64,000 nt of DNA from Perna viridis (taxonomy: Eukaryota). Below, piece by piece: positions 63,279 through 64,000 of this stretch. Under the pieces are notes generated by a model that did not search any database, was not told the DNA's origin, and saw only the letters and a list, made by a program, of their open reading frames with translations. A program made the translations under genes and the position numbers. Positions within the stretch are counted from its first letter, which is position 1; every line of letters begins with the position of its first letter. The stretch covers positions 9,238,001-9,302,000 of the forward strand of contig CM074514.1 of assembly GCA_037379345.1 (NCBI GenBank). Reading direction: 5' to 3'.

Positions 63279-64000
63279 TAACAAATAAGCTTCTGGAACA
63301 GGGTTATGTTGCTACAAGATTGAAGACATCACTACAGAAGTTTTATGGTCGTCATCATGAACTCGTGGATTGTTATGGTGTATCCATCTGCACCTTTCCT
63401 CGTTTGTCTAGCCCGGACTTGACTTTTTATGAGCAACTCGGTGGGTGTTTCTAGAAAAGCAGAGGACGCTTACCCTACCGGTGCACCTGCTCTGTATATT
63501 TGGAAGATGATTTAGAATTATTTCTTACAAAGTATGAGGAATCTCTACCAAGAACTATATATTTGTATCTAGGTGTACCATCTTTTTTGGAAAAACAACG
63601 ATGTATGATGTTTTGAAGTCGGGATTTTAACTGAGTATGGGGAATAGAAGTATACATGTTGAAAAATCATAGGTTTTAATGCTATTATATTCAGATAATA
63701 GTCTTGAACTGATTGTCTCCAAAAGATCTTTCGAATTTTTCAGGATCCACATTGAATTAATAACACTACGGGAATAACAAGTGTTGTGGTAGGAGAAAAG
63801 CAGTGGACGCTTACCCCCCCCCCGGTGCACCTGGTCCATGCTCCCAGTTTTTAGTGGAGTCCGAGTTGCCCATTTGCTTTTGTTACTTTGTATGTATGAT
63901 TTTAGTTACTTTGTTGTGTATGTCTGTTTTCCATTTCGGGTCTTTGTCCCTGGATTACATTCTTTTGATAACCGCTGTAACCTTGGTTCCCTTGTTTACT
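63279..64000. mobile_element. Penelope-like composite: + strand 3' piece (63279-63489), inverted RT piece (63490-63792), + strand 3' UTR again (63793-64000)
   Basis: LLEQGYVATRLKTSLQKFYGRHHELVD on +; MWILKNSKDLLE on -; aaaagcag.ggacgcttaccc...ccggtgcacctg occurs twice. Confidence 0.85.

Overview
AT-rich animal genomic DNA. It is probably from a bivalve mollusc, an inference from the repeat families and gene type. One + strand gene dominates the window. I traced 49 exons from 10017 to 62950 with consistent phases (9,630 nt, about 3,210 codons, no internal stop). It has no start or stop codon in the window, so it extends beyond both ends. The product is a giant, probably extracellular protein: N-terminal Cys-rich/EGF-like modules, then about 20 or more fibronectin-III/Ig-like repeats with the signature D-x-(T/S)-P-P-x2-G-x-V-x-D-G...D-x-D...W-x-G-F-x-D-x-E-S-G-I-x2-Y. 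A carbohydrate-binding-module-like jelly-roll is inserted into one repeat. Introns and the first 10 kb are filled with decayed mobile DNA: Penelope-like (Naiad-type) RT fragments, CR1- and RTE-X-like LINE fragments, a nested cluster of Helentron-like (HINE) elements, Kolobok-like and hAT-like MITEs, and a V-SINE/RUDI-like element. The most notable oddities are a 10-copy 76-bp array that multiplies an exon end with its splice donor, a conserved multi-helix RNA at the Penelope-like 3' end, a covarying 5' pseudoknot in the SINE, and stacked cGAAg hairpin termini.
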